A DNA stretch of 64,000 nucleotides from Vicinamibacterales bacterium (lineage in GTDB: Bacteria; Acidobacteriota; Vicinamibacteria; Vicinamibacterales; UBA823), in contig CAXXNN010000003.1 of assembly GCA_963667915.2 (NCBI GenBank), positions 482,014 through 546,013 on the forward strand. Reading direction: 5' to 3'. The notes beneath the pieces were generated by a model that worked only from the letters and a program-made list of their open reading frames with translations, made no database searches and was not told the origin of the DNA. Shown in pieces: positions 1-8,920 of this stretch; position 1 is the first letter of the stretch; each line of letters opens with the position of its first letter. The translations under genes and the position numbers were made by a program.

Positions 1-534
1 GAGCGCATCGAGCACTTGATGCGTGTCCGCGACCTGCAGGACGAGACTGGCGGCTTCACGGCGTTCATTACGTGGAGCTTCCAGCCGCTGCATACCGAAC
101 GCGGTGGCGACGAAGCCACTGCGGTGGAGTACCTGCGCATACTCGCTGTGGCGCGGATCGTGCTGGACAACGTCGACAATCTGCAGGCCTCGTGGGTGAC
201 GCAAGGCGGCAAGGTTGGCCAGCTCAGTCTGGCGTACGGCGCCAACGACATGGGCAGCGTCATGATCGAAGAAAACGTCGTGCGGGCCGCGGGCGCTGTC
301 TTCTGCATGGATGAGCTGGAGATCGTGCGCAGCGTCGAGAACGCCGGATTCGTGCCGAAGCGGCGCAACATGCACTACGACGTGCTGGGCGACCCGATCG
401 TGCGCGAGCGCGATCTTCCGAGGATGACGTCACTCGCCGAGGCCCGGGCCGACGACGACCGCTCCGTCCCGGAAGAGCTGGCGCGGTATCGCGCCCGGAC
501 CCCGGCCGGGAAGCGCCGACGCGCGTCCCACTGA
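1..534 (+). CDS. mqnC: Radical-SAM futalosine-pathway menaquinone enzyme, MqnC-like (cyclic dehypoxanthine futalosine synthase); 5' end outside window
   Basis: Frame open from nt 1 to TGA 532-534. C-terminal block ASWVTQGGKVGQLSLAYGANDMGSVMIEENVVRAAG matches my memory of MqnC/CofH-family C-termini. Followed by UbiA/UbiX/UbiE-type genes. Confidence 0.6.
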   Translation, partial: ERIEHLMRVRDLQDETGGFTAFITWSFQPLHTERGGDEATAVEYLRILAVARIVLDNVDNLQASWVTQGGKVGQLSLAYGANDMGSVMIEENVVRAAGAVFCMDELEIVRSVENAGFVPKRRNMHYDVLGDPIVRERDLPRMTSLAEARADDDRSVPEELARYRARTPAGKRRRASH

Positions 535-541
535 CGGGCGG

Positions 542-1753
542 ATGCGTCGTTTCAGGGCGGCTTGGGTCCTCCCGATCGCATCCCCCCCTCTGGCCGACGC
601 CACCGTCACGGTGGACCGGGGCCGGATTCTGGCCGTCGAGCCGGCCGGCGCGGGACCTCGACACCCGGACGAGGTCGACCTCGGATCGGTCGCCGTGCTC
701 CCAGGGCTCGTCAACGCGCACACGCATCTCGAACTGTCGGGTCTGCGTGGCCGGGTGCCGCGCGCGGAGTCGATGCCGGCCTGGGTCGAGGGCGTGCTCG
801 CGCAGCGGTCCGCGGACACGGCGGGCGATTCGGCCGCCGTCGAGGCGGCGATCGCCGAGCTGCGGCGGGCCGGGACGGCACTCGTTGGCGACATCACGAA
901 CTCGCTGTCGACCGTCGGCCCGCTCGGCCGTGGCCCGGTGTCCGCCGTCGTGTTCCATGAGCTGATCGGATTCGCTCCGGCCGAGGTGGAGGTGACAGCC
1001 CACCGCGCCGTGGCCGATGCGCGCGGGGCTGAGACGGCCGCGCACGTGCGCCGTCGCGTGGCAGCGCATGCACCCTACTCGGTCGCGCCGTCGTTGTTCG
1101 CGGCGATTCAGCGCCACAGGACGGCGCACCGTCTCGAGGGTCCGCTGGCCGTCCACCTGGGGGAGTCGAGCGAGGAAATCCAGTTTCTGAAGGACGGGAC
1201 CGGTCCGTGGCGCCAGCTGTTGGAGCGGCTCGGCGTCTGGGATCCCGACTGGCGGCCGCCCCGGTGCGGTCCCGTGGAGTTCCTGGCCCGGGTCGGCTGG
1301 CTGGACCCTGGCGTCGTGGTTGTGCACGGCGTGCAGCTCACGATGGAAGAGCTCCGTCGGCTGGCGCGCCACGGCCTCACCCTGGTGGTCTGTCCGCGGA
1401 GCAACGCCTGGACGGGTGCGGGGCAGGCCCCGGTCCGGCCCGCCCTCGAGGCTGGTGTCCGATTGGCGATCGGCACCGATAGCCTCGCCAGCGCCCCGGA
1501 TCTCAATCTCTTCGCGGAGCTCGCGGCGCTACGGGCCCAGGCACCCGAGATACCGGCGCGCACGCTGCTTGCCGCCGCCACGTCGGGCGGTGCGCGGGCG
1601 CTCGGCTGGGCCGAGGCATACGGCACCGTCGAGCCTGGCAAGCGGAGCGAGCTGATTGCCGTCACGCTGCCGGACGAGGTTGCAGATGTGGAAGAATACC
1701 TGCTGAGCGGCATCACGCCGCGGGCCGTGCGTTGGCTCGAGGAGTGCGCATGA
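542..1753 (+). CDS. Amidohydrolase-superfamily metal hydrolase; by context possibly aminodeoxyfutalosine deaminase
   Basis: 403-aa ORF with VNAHTHLELS HxH metal motif and AIGTDSLAS near the C-terminus. Embedded in the menaquinone cluster. Stop overlaps the next start (ATGA 1750-1753). Confidence 0.6.
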   Translation: MRRFRAAWVLPIASPPLADATVTVDRGRILAVEPAGAGPRHPDEVDLGSVAVLPGLVNAHTHLELSGLRGRVPRAESMPAWVEGVLAQRSADTAGDSAAVEAAIAELRRAGTALVGDITNSLSTVGPLGRGPVSAVVFHELIGFAPAEVEVTAHRAVADARGAETAAHVRRRVAAHAPYSVAPSLFAAIQRHRTAHRLEGPLAVHLGESSEEIQFLKDGTGPWRQLLERLGVWDPDWRPPRCGPVEFLARVGWLDPGVVVVHGVQLTMEELRRLARHGLTLVVCPRSNAWTGAGQAPVRPALEAGVRLAIGTDSLASAPDLNLFAELAALRAQAPEIPARTLLAAATSGGARALGWAEAYGTVEPGKRSELIAVTLPDEVADVEEYLLSGITPRAVRWLEECA

Positions 1754-2658
1754 CCGGACGCCCGGCGTCGGGTCGGCGGCGGCGAGCGCCTTCGGCGAGT
1801 ATCATGTTGACCCGCATCCGGACGTACGCCGCATTCGTCAGGTTCAGCCATTCGGTGTTCGCGCTGCCGTTCGCGCTGGCGGGCGCGCTTCTGGCGTCGC
1901 GCCACGCGCCGGTGACGCTTGCGCGGGTCGGCTGGATCGTGGCCGCGATGGTAGCCGCCCGCGCCGCAGCCATGGGGTTCAATCGGCTGGCTGACGCGCA
2001 TCACGATGCCCTCAACCCCCGCACCGCTAATCGCGAGATGCCACGCGGGGTGGTGTCACGCGGACAGGCTGTGGCGTTCGTCACGGTGTGGTCGGTCACG
2101 TTCGTAGCCGTCACGGCGCAGATTTCGACGCTCTGCTTCGCCTTGTCGCCCGTGGCGCTTGCCATCGTCTTCTGGTATTCCGTGGCCAAACGCTATACGG
2201 CGTACACTCAAATGTTTCTGGGTGTGGCCATGGCCGTGGCGCCGGTGGGCGGCTGGATCGCCGCGGGCGGGCACCCGGCGTGGGAGCCGTGGTTGCTGGG
2301 TGTCGCAGTCGGGGCGTGGGTCGGGGGATTTGACGTGCTCTACGCCTGTCAGGATGTCGAGTTCGATCGGGCTCATGGGCTTCGGTCGATTCCTGCGCGG
2401 TTCGGCGTGACCGCCGCGTTAAGGATTTCTCGCGCGATGCACGTCGTGGCGATCGCCACCCTCGCGGCGCTGGCAGTCGTGACGGCGCTCGGTCCCATCT
2501 ACCTCACCGGCGTCGCGGCCGTTGCGGCGCTGCTCGTCTACGAGCAGTCGCTCGTACGCGCCGACGACCTGTCGCGGGTCAAGCAGGCGTTCGATCTGAA
2601 TGGCTACGTCGGGTTCTTGTATCTCTTCACGACGGCGGTTGCAGTGTATGTCGGATGA
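1750..2658 (+). CDS. UbiA-family aromatic prenyltransferase (MqnP-like)
   Basis: Multi-TM protein with NRLADAHHDALNPRT and YACQDVEFD Asp-rich UbiA motifs. Start chosen at the ATGA overlap; alternatives at 1732 and 1804. Confidence 0.75.
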   Translation: MTGRPASGRRRRAPSASIMLTRIRTYAAFVRFSHSVFALPFALAGALLASRHAPVTLARVGWIVAAMVAARAAAMGFNRLADAHHDALNPRTANREMPRGVVSRGQAVAFVTVWSVTFVAVTAQISTLCFALSPVALAIVFWYSVAKRYTAYTQMFLGVAMAVAPVGGWIAAGGHPAWEPWLLGVAVGAWVGGFDVLYACQDVEFDRAHGLRSIPARFGVTAALRISRAMHVVAIATLAALAVVTALGPIYLTGVAAVAALLVYEQSLVRADDLSRVKQAFDLNGYVGFLYLFTTAVAVYVG

Positions 2659-3259
2659 ACCGCGGTCCCTGGCCGTCGCCATTACCGGGGCGAGTGGTGC
2701 GCTGTACGCCGTCCGGACCGTTGCGGCCCTGCTGGAGCGGGGATACCGGATTGAGCTCGTCGTGAGTGACTTCGGACGTCGGCTGCTGCTGGAGGAGCTG
2801 GGCCGTGACGCCGCGGTCGATCGCTTGATGCCCTACCTTGTCCGGACCTACGGCGCGCAAGTCGAGCAGGGCGCGCTGCACCTGCATTCCAACAAGGATC
2901 TGGGTGCGGGAATCGCCAGCGGCAGCCACGGTTGCGACGGGATGGTCATCGTGCCATGCTCGATGAAGACGCTCGCCGGCGTCGCTCACGGTCTCTCCCG
3001 GACTCTCGTCGAGCGGGCCGCCGATGTCATGCTCAAGGAGCGTCGCCGGCTCGTGCTCGTGCCGCGCGAGACGCCCATGAGCCTGCCGCAACTGCGAAAC
3101 ATGGTGCTGTGTGCGGAGGCTGGCGCGACGATGCTGCCGGCCATGCCGGCGTTCTATCAGGGACCTGAGCGCCTGCCCGACCTGGCGGATTTCATGGCTG
3201 GCAAGATCCTGGCCGCCCTCGGGGTGGAGCACGACCTGTATCCGCCGTGGAAGGGATGA
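2648..3259 (+). CDS. ubiX: Flavin prenyltransferase UbiX (MqnL-like)
   Basis: LAVAITGASGALYAV N-terminus, VPCSMKTLAGVAHG and RETPMS motifs typical of UbiX/Pad1. Confidence 0.85.
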   Translation: MSDEPRSLAVAITGASGALYAVRTVAALLERGYRIELVVSDFGRRLLLEELGRDAAVDRLMPYLVRTYGAQVEQGALHLHSNKDLGAGIASGSHGCDGMVIVPCSMKTLAGVAHGLSRTLVERAADVMLKERRRLVLVPRETPMSLPQLRNMVLCAEAGATMLPAMPAFYQGPERLPDLADFMAGKILAALGVEHDLYPPWKG

Positions 3260-4005
3260 CGCGCCCGCCGGGTCCCATCCAGAAAGATGCCGCCCGCATC
3301 GCGGGCATGTTCGACGCGATCGCGCCCCGCTACGACGCCCTCAACCGACTGCTGAGCGCCGGGTTCGACCGGCGGTGGCGGGCGCGCGCTATCGATGCGC
3401 TCCAGCTGCGGGGTGACGAAACGGTCGTCGATCTGTGCACCGGCACGGCCGATCTGGCCCTGGCCGCCGTTCGGGCGCGCCCGGCCGGGGCCCGACGCGT
3501 GGTTGGCCTCGACTTTGCGGCCGAGATGCTGCGGCATGGCGCGAGAAAGCTCGGCCGTGACCCTGCGGGGAGCCGGGTGCGGCTGCTGCGTGGGGACGCA
3601 TCGCGGCTGCCCCTTGCCGACCGGTCTGTCGATGCGGTGACGATCGGCTTCGGGATCCGCAATATCGAGAACCCGCGCGCGGCATGCGCCGAGATGCGGC
3701 GAGTGCTCCGGCCGGGTGGCCGTGTGGCGATTCTCGAATTCGGGATGCCGTCTTCCACGCTGCTCCGCGGCCTGTATCAGTGGTATTTCACGCAGGTGCT
3801 GCCCCGCGTGGGTCGAGCCGTGTCGCGTCACTCGGATGCCTATGACTACCTGCCGGGGTCGGTCCTGGCGTTCTTGTCTCCGGCGGCCCTGTCGAACCTG
3901 CTCGGCGCGTCGGGGTTCACGCAGGTGCGGTGTATGTCCCTGACGTTCGGTGTGGTCTACCTGCATCTAGCAGTCCGTGGTGAAGCCTCGCTCGCTTCAG
4001 TCTAG
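3256..4005 (+). CDS. ubiE: Demethylmenaquinone/ubiquinone C-methyltransferase UbiE/MenG
   Basis: MFDAIAPRYDALNRLLS and VDLCTGTADL SAM motif. ATGA overlap with the ubiX stop. The last ~12 codons run through a repeat-derived sequence (see findings). Confidence 0.85.
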   Translation: MTRPPGPIQKDAARIAGMFDAIAPRYDALNRLLSAGFDRRWRARAIDALQLRGDETVVDLCTGTADLALAAVRARPAGARRVVGLDFAAEMLRHGARKLGRDPAGSRVRLLRGDASRLPLADRSVDAVTIGFGIRNIENPRAACAEMRRVLRPGGRVAILEFGMPSSTLLRGLYQWYFTQVLPRVGRAVSRHSDAYDYLPGSVLAFLSPAALSNLLGASGFTQVRCMSLTFGVVYLHLAVRGEASLASV

Positions 4006-4041
4006 GGCTCCGAGCGCGGGACGCTCACCACGAACGGCAGG
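3967..4041. repeat. Miniature derivative: two TIR-like arms only
   Basis: ctagcagtccgtggtgaagcc (3967-3987) and gctcaccacgaacggcagg (4023-4041), with the shared core cgtggtga/tcaccacg. Confidence 0.5.
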
Positions 4042-4075
4042 CCGTTCGCCCGCGCAGGAGTGCAGACCGATGAGC

Positions 4076-4084
4076 TGCTATAAT
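4076..4084 (+). promoter_or_regulatory. Extended -10 TGcTATAAT upstream of the tonB-like gene
   Basis: gagcTGCTATAATcgtctaacccactgATG. Confidence 0.35.
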
Positions 4085-4098
4085 CGTCTAACCCACTG

Positions 4099-5154
4099 AT
4101 GTACTTCCAGTTCGAGGACTTGCGCCCGGACACACCGTCCCTGGACGGTGCGATGTCACGCCGAGAAGGCTTCTTGATCTCGGTGGTCGGGCATGCGGTG
4201 GCCCTCGTGCTGCTGCTGCTGATTTCGACGCTCCCGGCGGTTCGGGCGGCAACCGAGCGCCGTGCGGAGGAAGCACTGCTTCGCCAGGCCCGGCTGCTGG
4301 AGCAGCGGCAAGCCCAGGAGCGACAGGTGCGCCGTTTCGTGTTCGTGCAGCCGCTCATCGACATCGAGGCGCTAGCTCCGCCGGACGCCGGGTTCCTGTC
4401 CGACCTCGACCGCGTGGCGAGCGCGCCCGAGCGCGCGGAGGACCCTACGAATCCACTGCCGTTCGCCAGAGGAAATTCTCCCGAGCTGGTGATCGCGCCG
4501 GAGACCGTGGAGACACCGCGCGGTGATGGCCCGGCGCCGGATCCGGCCGAGGGCGACCCGGCCGGTGAGGTGGCGGAGACCGAGCCGGCCGAGGCGTTGG
4601 ACCGGAGCGAGGTGGCGGAAGCGGCTGACGCGGCGCCGGGCGAGGCGGTTGGTCGTCTGGAACCAGACGGGGCGGCGGCGCCGGATGCCGTGGCGCCCCG
4701 GGTCGCGGTGCGCACCCTGCCACCGCGGTCGCTGTCGGGCGGCGCACTGGGGGACGCGATCCGCAATCTGCGACGCTACGTGGACCAGGAGAGCTTCAGC
4801 AATCTACGTGGCGACGGTGGCCAGTTCGGGCCGTCGATACAGTTCGATACGAAGGGGGTCGAGTTTGGCCCGTGGATTCGCCGCTTCATCGCACAAATCA
4901 AGCGTAATTGGCTCCTGCCATACGCCGCCATGGCGTTCAAGGGGCACACGGTCATTACGTTCAACGTGCACAAGAGCGGCGCGTTGACTGACGTGACCGT
5001 CCTCGCTCCGTCGACGGTCAGTTCCTTCAACTTGTCGGCCCGGAACGCGCTGCTGGCGTCGAATCCGACGCAGCCGCTGCCGCCGGAGTATCCGTCGGAC
5101 AAGGCGTTCTTCACGGTCACCTTCTACTACAACGAGCGGCCGCCGACGTACTAG
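4099..5154 (+). CDS. TonB-family energy transducer
   Basis: N-terminal TM helix (ISVVGHAVALVLLLLI), acidic/Pro-Ala-rich spacer, C-terminal TonB-type domain (GHTVITFNVHKSGALTDVTVL...FFTVTFYYN). Alternative start at 4153. Confidence 0.7.
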   Translation: MYFQFEDLRPDTPSLDGAMSRREGFLISVVGHAVALVLLLLISTLPAVRAATERRAEEALLRQARLLEQRQAQERQVRRFVFVQPLIDIEALAPPDAGFLSDLDRVASAPERAEDPTNPLPFARGNSPELVIAPETVETPRGDGPAPDPAEGDPAGEVAETEPAEALDRSEVAEAADAAPGEAVGRLEPDGAAAPDAVAPRVAVRTLPPRSLSGGALGDAIRNLRRYVDQESFSNLRGDGGQFGPSIQFDTKGVEFGPWIRRFIAQIKRNWLLPYAAMAFKGHTVITFNVHKSGALTDVTVLAPSTVSSFNLSARNALLASNPTQPLPPEYPSDKAFFTVTFYYNERPPTY

Positions 5155-5192
5155 GCCGGCTCACACCCTGGCCGGGCGCTTGACCATAGTGG

Positions 5193-5290
5193 TTTTCGGC
5201 TCCTGTCTCTCGGCTCTTGGCTTTCGCACGATCCCAAGACAGCGGAAAAGGGTCAGCCGGCTCTTCCCTACCAGGCCCAGAGCCGAGCGC
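5193..5290. repeat. Second locus with GGCTCT/CGGCTCT-type arms
   Basis: ttttcggctcctgtctctcggctcttggctttcgcacgatcc resembles the reverse complement of 54581-54622. Opposing arm ggcccagagccgagcg at 5274-5289. Confidence 0.5.
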
Positions 5291-5333
5291 CGGGCAGCGG
5301 CGTGTGAGCGGCGGCCGGTCGCTGGGATGGGGG

Positions 5334-5400
5334 CGCGCCTTGCGGAACGGGCACCTCGACGGTCTCGGTGCGACGCGGAACTTCCACCACGGGCTGCTAG
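5334..5400 (-). repeat. Partial copy (right ~67 bp) of the same element family
   Basis: gcgccttgcggaacgggcacctcgacggtctcggtgcgacgcggaacttccaccacgggctgctag aligns with the right end of copy C. Confidence 0.7.
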
Positions 5401-5403
5401 ACT

Positions 5404-5505
5404 ATGAGGCAGATGGCGTGGCTTACCTGGACGCAGCTTGTGGGACTGACCGTGGTGCTGGGGCTGTTAGTCCTCGTCATGCTGGTGGGCTGGGCGACCG
5501 GCTAG
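5404..5505 (+). CDS. Candidate 33-aa single-TM micro-protein (not in ORF track)
   Basis: ATG 5404 to TAG 5503-5505; MRQMAWLTWTQLVGLTVVLGLLVLVMLVGWATG. High third-position GC. Stop abuts the miaA GTG. No SD. Confidence 0.2.
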   Translation: MRQMAWLTWTQLVGLTVVLGLLVLVMLVGWATG

Positions 5506-6558
5506 GTGATGAGCGTCGCATCCGGACGGCGGATCGAACGGGATACCGAACCGCGCGCCCCGGCGCGCGCCGTGCCGCTGGTCGCCATCGTCGGGCCGAC
5601 CGCGACCGGAAAGAGCGAGCTTGCCATCTGCTTGGCCGAACGGCACGGCGGCGAGGTTGTGAGCTGCGATTCGACTGCGGTGTATCGCGGGTTCGACATC
5701 GGGACCGACAAGGTGTCGCCGGCCGGGCGGCGCGGCGTGCCGCACCATCTGATCGACGTTGCCGATCCGCGCGAGGGCTATTCCGCCGCCCGGTATGCCA
5801 CCGCCGCGGCTGAGGTGATCCGTGGCGTGACGCACCGCGGCCGATTGCCGATTCTTGTGGGAGGCACCGGACTCTACTATCGCGCGCTGACGCGAGGCCT
5901 GTTTCCTGGGCCCGGTCGCGACGCCCGCCTGCGCGAGCGGTTGACCGGTCTGGCTCGACGGTACGGGGTCGACCGCCTGCATCGCGTCGTGCGGCGCGTC
6001 GATCCGGCGTCAGCCGATCGCATTGAGCCGCGAGACGAGAAGCGCATAGTTCGGGCGCTGGAGGTGTACTTTCTGACAGGGCGGCCGCTCACGGCGCATT
6101 TCCGGGAGACGCGGTCACCGCTGATCGGATACGACATCATCGGCGTCGGTTTGCGTCAGGCGAGCGAGACCACGGCGGTGAAGGTGGCGCAGCGCGTCGA
6201 CGCCCAGTTCGCGGCTGGCTTGCTGGATGAGATTCGCGGCCTCCGGGCCTCCGGCGTGCCGGACGCCGCGCCGCCGTTCACCGGCATGGTCTATCGACAG
6301 GCGCTCGCGTTCCTGAAGGGTGCCGGCGACGCGGCGAGCATGCGCGAGGAGATCGTTCGCGCGAATCGTCGCTACGCGCGCCGTCAGTTGATCTGGTTCC
6401 GAAAAGAGCCTAACCTACACTGGATCGAGGTCGACGATGGGCCAGCTCAGACGCTGGCGGCCGCCGACCGCAGCGTGCGCGAGCGCCTGGACTTGATGCG
6501 CGCGCGTCCGTCGGTGAGCACCGCGGCGTCTGCAACCGTGAGCCCCGGCGTTCCATAG
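5506..6558 (+). CDS. miaA: tRNA dimethylallyltransferase
   Basis: P-loop GPTATGKS, CDSTAVYRGFDIGTDK, LVGGTGLYYRAL motifs. Confidence 0.9.
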   Translation: MMSVASGRRIERDTEPRAPARAVPLVAIVGPTATGKSELAICLAERHGGEVVSCDSTAVYRGFDIGTDKVSPAGRRGVPHHLIDVADPREGYSAARYATAAAEVIRGVTHRGRLPILVGGTGLYYRALTRGLFPGPGRDARLRERLTGLARRYGVDRLHRVVRRVDPASADRIEPRDEKRIVRALEVYFLTGRPLTAHFRETRSPLIGYDIIGVGLRQASETTAVKVAQRVDAQFAAGLLDEIRGLRASGVPDAAPPFTGMVYRQALAFLKGAGDAASMREEIVRANRRYARRQLIWFRKEPNLHWIEVDDGPAQTLAAADRSVRERLDLMRARPSVSTAASATVSPGVP

Positions 6559-6576
6559 CTGCTAGCCCGAAAGTCG

Positions 6577-7785
6577 GTGCGACCCTCGCCTCTTCGAGTT
6601 TCCCGCGCGATCGTCATCGTGCTCGATGGTGCTGGCGTCGGCGCGTTGCCGGACGCCGCGCAGTACGGCGACGCGAGCAGCAATACCCTGGGCCACGTTG
6701 CTAGCCGGGTGCCGCTCGAGGTGCCCACGCTGCGTGCCCTGGGTCTCGGGCGGGTCGTGGAGATCGGGGGCGCGACGCCGACAGCCCCGCTCGCCGCGTT
6801 CGGACGAATGGCCGAAGCCTCGCCCGGCAAGGACTCGGTCACCGGGCACTGGGAACTGACGGGGGTCACCCTGGCGCAGCCGTTTCCCCTGTTCCCCGCG
6901 GGGTTTCCGGCTGATGCGGTCTTGGCGCTGGAGCGGCGAATCGGCCGGCCGACGATCGGGAACGTGGCGGCGTCGGGCACGGAGATCATCGAACGCCTGG
7001 GCCGCGAGCATCTCCGGACCGGCGCGCCGATCGTGTACACCTCGGCCGACAGCGTCTGTCAGATCGCCGTCCACGACTCGGTGGCGCCGGTGGAGGAACT
7101 CTACCGGTTCTGCCAGGCAGCGTTCGAGGTCATGGCCGAAGGGTTGGGGGTGGGCCGAGTCATCGCGCGGCCGTTCGTCGGCGAGCCCGGTGCGTTTCGC
7201 CGGACGACGGAACGTCGGGATTTTACTCGGGCCGCGCCGGGAGAGACACTGCTCGACCGCGCGGTGGCGGCCGGGCTGCCCGTCGTGGCTATCGGAAAAA
7301 TCGACGACCTCTTCGCCGGACGCGGCATCTCGAGCGTGATTCACACGACGTCGGACGCCCAGGGCCTCGACGAGCTGGAGCGCGCGCTGGCCGAGCAGGC
7401 CGAGGGGCTGATGCTGACGAACCTGGTGGACTTCGATACCGTCTACGGCCACCGGAACGACGTCGCGGGATACGCCGCCAATCTGGAGGCCTTCGATCGA
7501 CGGCTGGCGGCGCTGTTGCCGCGCCTCGGGAACGATGACCTGTTCGTCATCACGGCAGACCACGGCAACGACCCGACGATGTCGAGCACGGACCATTCGC
7601 GCGAGTACGTCCCGATCCTCATGGTTGGTGCGTCTGTGCAGCCCGGCGTCGATGTGGGGACCCGGTCGAGCTTCGCGGACTTGGGCCAGACGTTGGCCGA
7701 GGCGCTGGGCGTGGCGCCGCTGGCGTGTGGGACGAGTTTTCTGGACCACATCGCCGCCGGTGCCGTCGAAGGGCGGAGTGTCTGA
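6577..7785 (+). CDS. deoB: Phosphopentomutase
   Basis: IVIVLDGAGVGALPDA, KDSVTGHWE, ITADHGNDPT motifs. Confidence 0.9.
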   Translation: MRPSPLRVSRAIVIVLDGAGVGALPDAAQYGDASSNTLGHVASRVPLEVPTLRALGLGRVVEIGGATPTAPLAAFGRMAEASPGKDSVTGHWELTGVTLAQPFPLFPAGFPADAVLALERRIGRPTIGNVAASGTEIIERLGREHLRTGAPIVYTSADSVCQIAVHDSVAPVEELYRFCQAAFEVMAEGLGVGRVIARPFVGEPGAFRRTTERRDFTRAAPGETLLDRAVAAGLPVVAIGKIDDLFAGRGISSVIHTTSDAQGLDELERALAEQAEGLMLTNLVDFDTVYGHRNDVAGYAANLEAFDRRLAALLPRLGNDDLFVITADHGNDPTMSSTDHSREYVPILMVGASVQPGVDVGTRSSFADLGQTLAEALGVAPLACGTSFLDHIAAGAVEGRSV

Positions 7786-7791
7786 CGACCG

Positions 7792-8841
7792 ATGAGCAGC
7801 CGCAGTATCAGAGAAGATCTCGAGGCCCGCGAGCGGGAATTCCTGGCGCCGCAAGCCTCGAAGAGCGCCGAGAGCCGAGGGCGGTTGCAGCCGGAGGAAG
7901 CTGATCCTATCCGGCCGGCCTTCCAGCGAGATCGGGATCGGATCGTGCACTGCAAGGCCTTTCGCCGGCTGAAGCACAAGACCCAGGTGTTCTTCTCGCC
8001 GGCTGGCGATCATTATCGGACGCGCCTGACGCACACGCTCGAGGTGTCGCAGATCGCCAGAACGATCGCGAAAGTCCTGCGGCTGCACGAGGAGCTCACC
8101 GAGGCCATTGCCCTTGGCCACGACCTCGGGCACACGCCGTTCGGGCATGCCGGAGAGCGCGTCTTGCGCGAGCTGATTCCGGGGGGATTCAACCATTACG
8201 AACAAAGTCTGCGGATCGTGGATCGCCTCGAGGACGAAGGGCGCGGCCTCAATCTGTCGTGGGAGGTCCGGGATGGCATCGCCACTCACTCCAAGGGCAA
8301 GCGGGGCGCGCCGGTTGGCGCCGAGGAGGCGCACCGGGCAACGACTCTCGAAGGCCAGGTCGCCCGCGTGGCCGACATCATTGCCTATGTCAATCACGAC
8401 ATCGACGACGCGCTGCGCGCCGGGCTGTTGGCGGTCGCGGACCTGCCGGCGGAGTCGATCCAGTTACTGGGACAGACGACCTCGATGCGGATCGGCCGAC
8501 TGGTCACGGACGTCGTGCTGCAGACGCTGGAGGCCGGGCTCGATCAGGTGAGGATGGGCGACCCCGTGCTGGATGCGCTGCTGGACCTGCGCGCCTTTCT
8601 GTTCGAGACGGTGTACGAGAACAGCGACGCCACGAGCGAATTCCACAAGGCGTCCGGCATCCTCGGCGGGCTCTGGGACAAGGTCCATGAACAACCCGAG
8701 GCATTTCTAGACGAACGGACCGTCGCGGACGAGGGAGTCGACGCCGCGGCTCGGGATTTTCTGGCCGGCATGACCGATCGATTCGCCGTCGGGCTGTACG
8801 AGCGGCTGTTCATTCCGAAACCGTGGGTCGAGATGGGCTGA
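7792..8841 (+). CDS. dgt: dGTPase-like HD-domain triphosphohydrolase
   Basis: RTRLTHTLEVSQIAR and ALGHDLGHTPFGH HD motifs. Confidence 0.8.
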   Translation: MSSRSIREDLEAREREFLAPQASKSAESRGRLQPEEADPIRPAFQRDRDRIVHCKAFRRLKHKTQVFFSPAGDHYRTRLTHTLEVSQIARTIAKVLRLHEELTEAIALGHDLGHTPFGHAGERVLRELIPGGFNHYEQSLRIVDRLEDEGRGLNLSWEVRDGIATHSKGKRGAPVGAEEAHRATTLEGQVARVADIIAYVNHDIDDALRAGLLAVADLPAESIQLLGQTTSMRIGRLVTDVVLQTLEAGLDQVRMGDPVLDALLDLRAFLFETVYENSDATSEFHKASGILGGLWDKVHEQPEAFLDERTVADEGVDAAARDFLAGMTDRFAVGLYERLFIPKPWVEMG

Positions 8842-8920
8842 TCCGGCCGCGCCGACCGGCGTGCTGGTCACATCCGTGCTAGAATTGTGGGTTCGGAGTT
8901 GCCTGACCGAGCCTGCTTGA

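Noticed and set aside
6562-8397. Long antisense shadow ORFs: 6562-8397(-), 260-1372(-), 12926-14320(-), 16263-17906(-), 29443-31215(+), 31818-32885(+), 35682-37109(+), 41165-42229(+), 42766-44631(+), 44696-46018(-), 55902-57662(-) and many shorter ones.
   Set aside because: Each lies opposite a gene with clear family motifs. They show the Arg/Pro/Gly/Ala-rich composition typical of out-of-frame or antisense reading in high-GC DNA.
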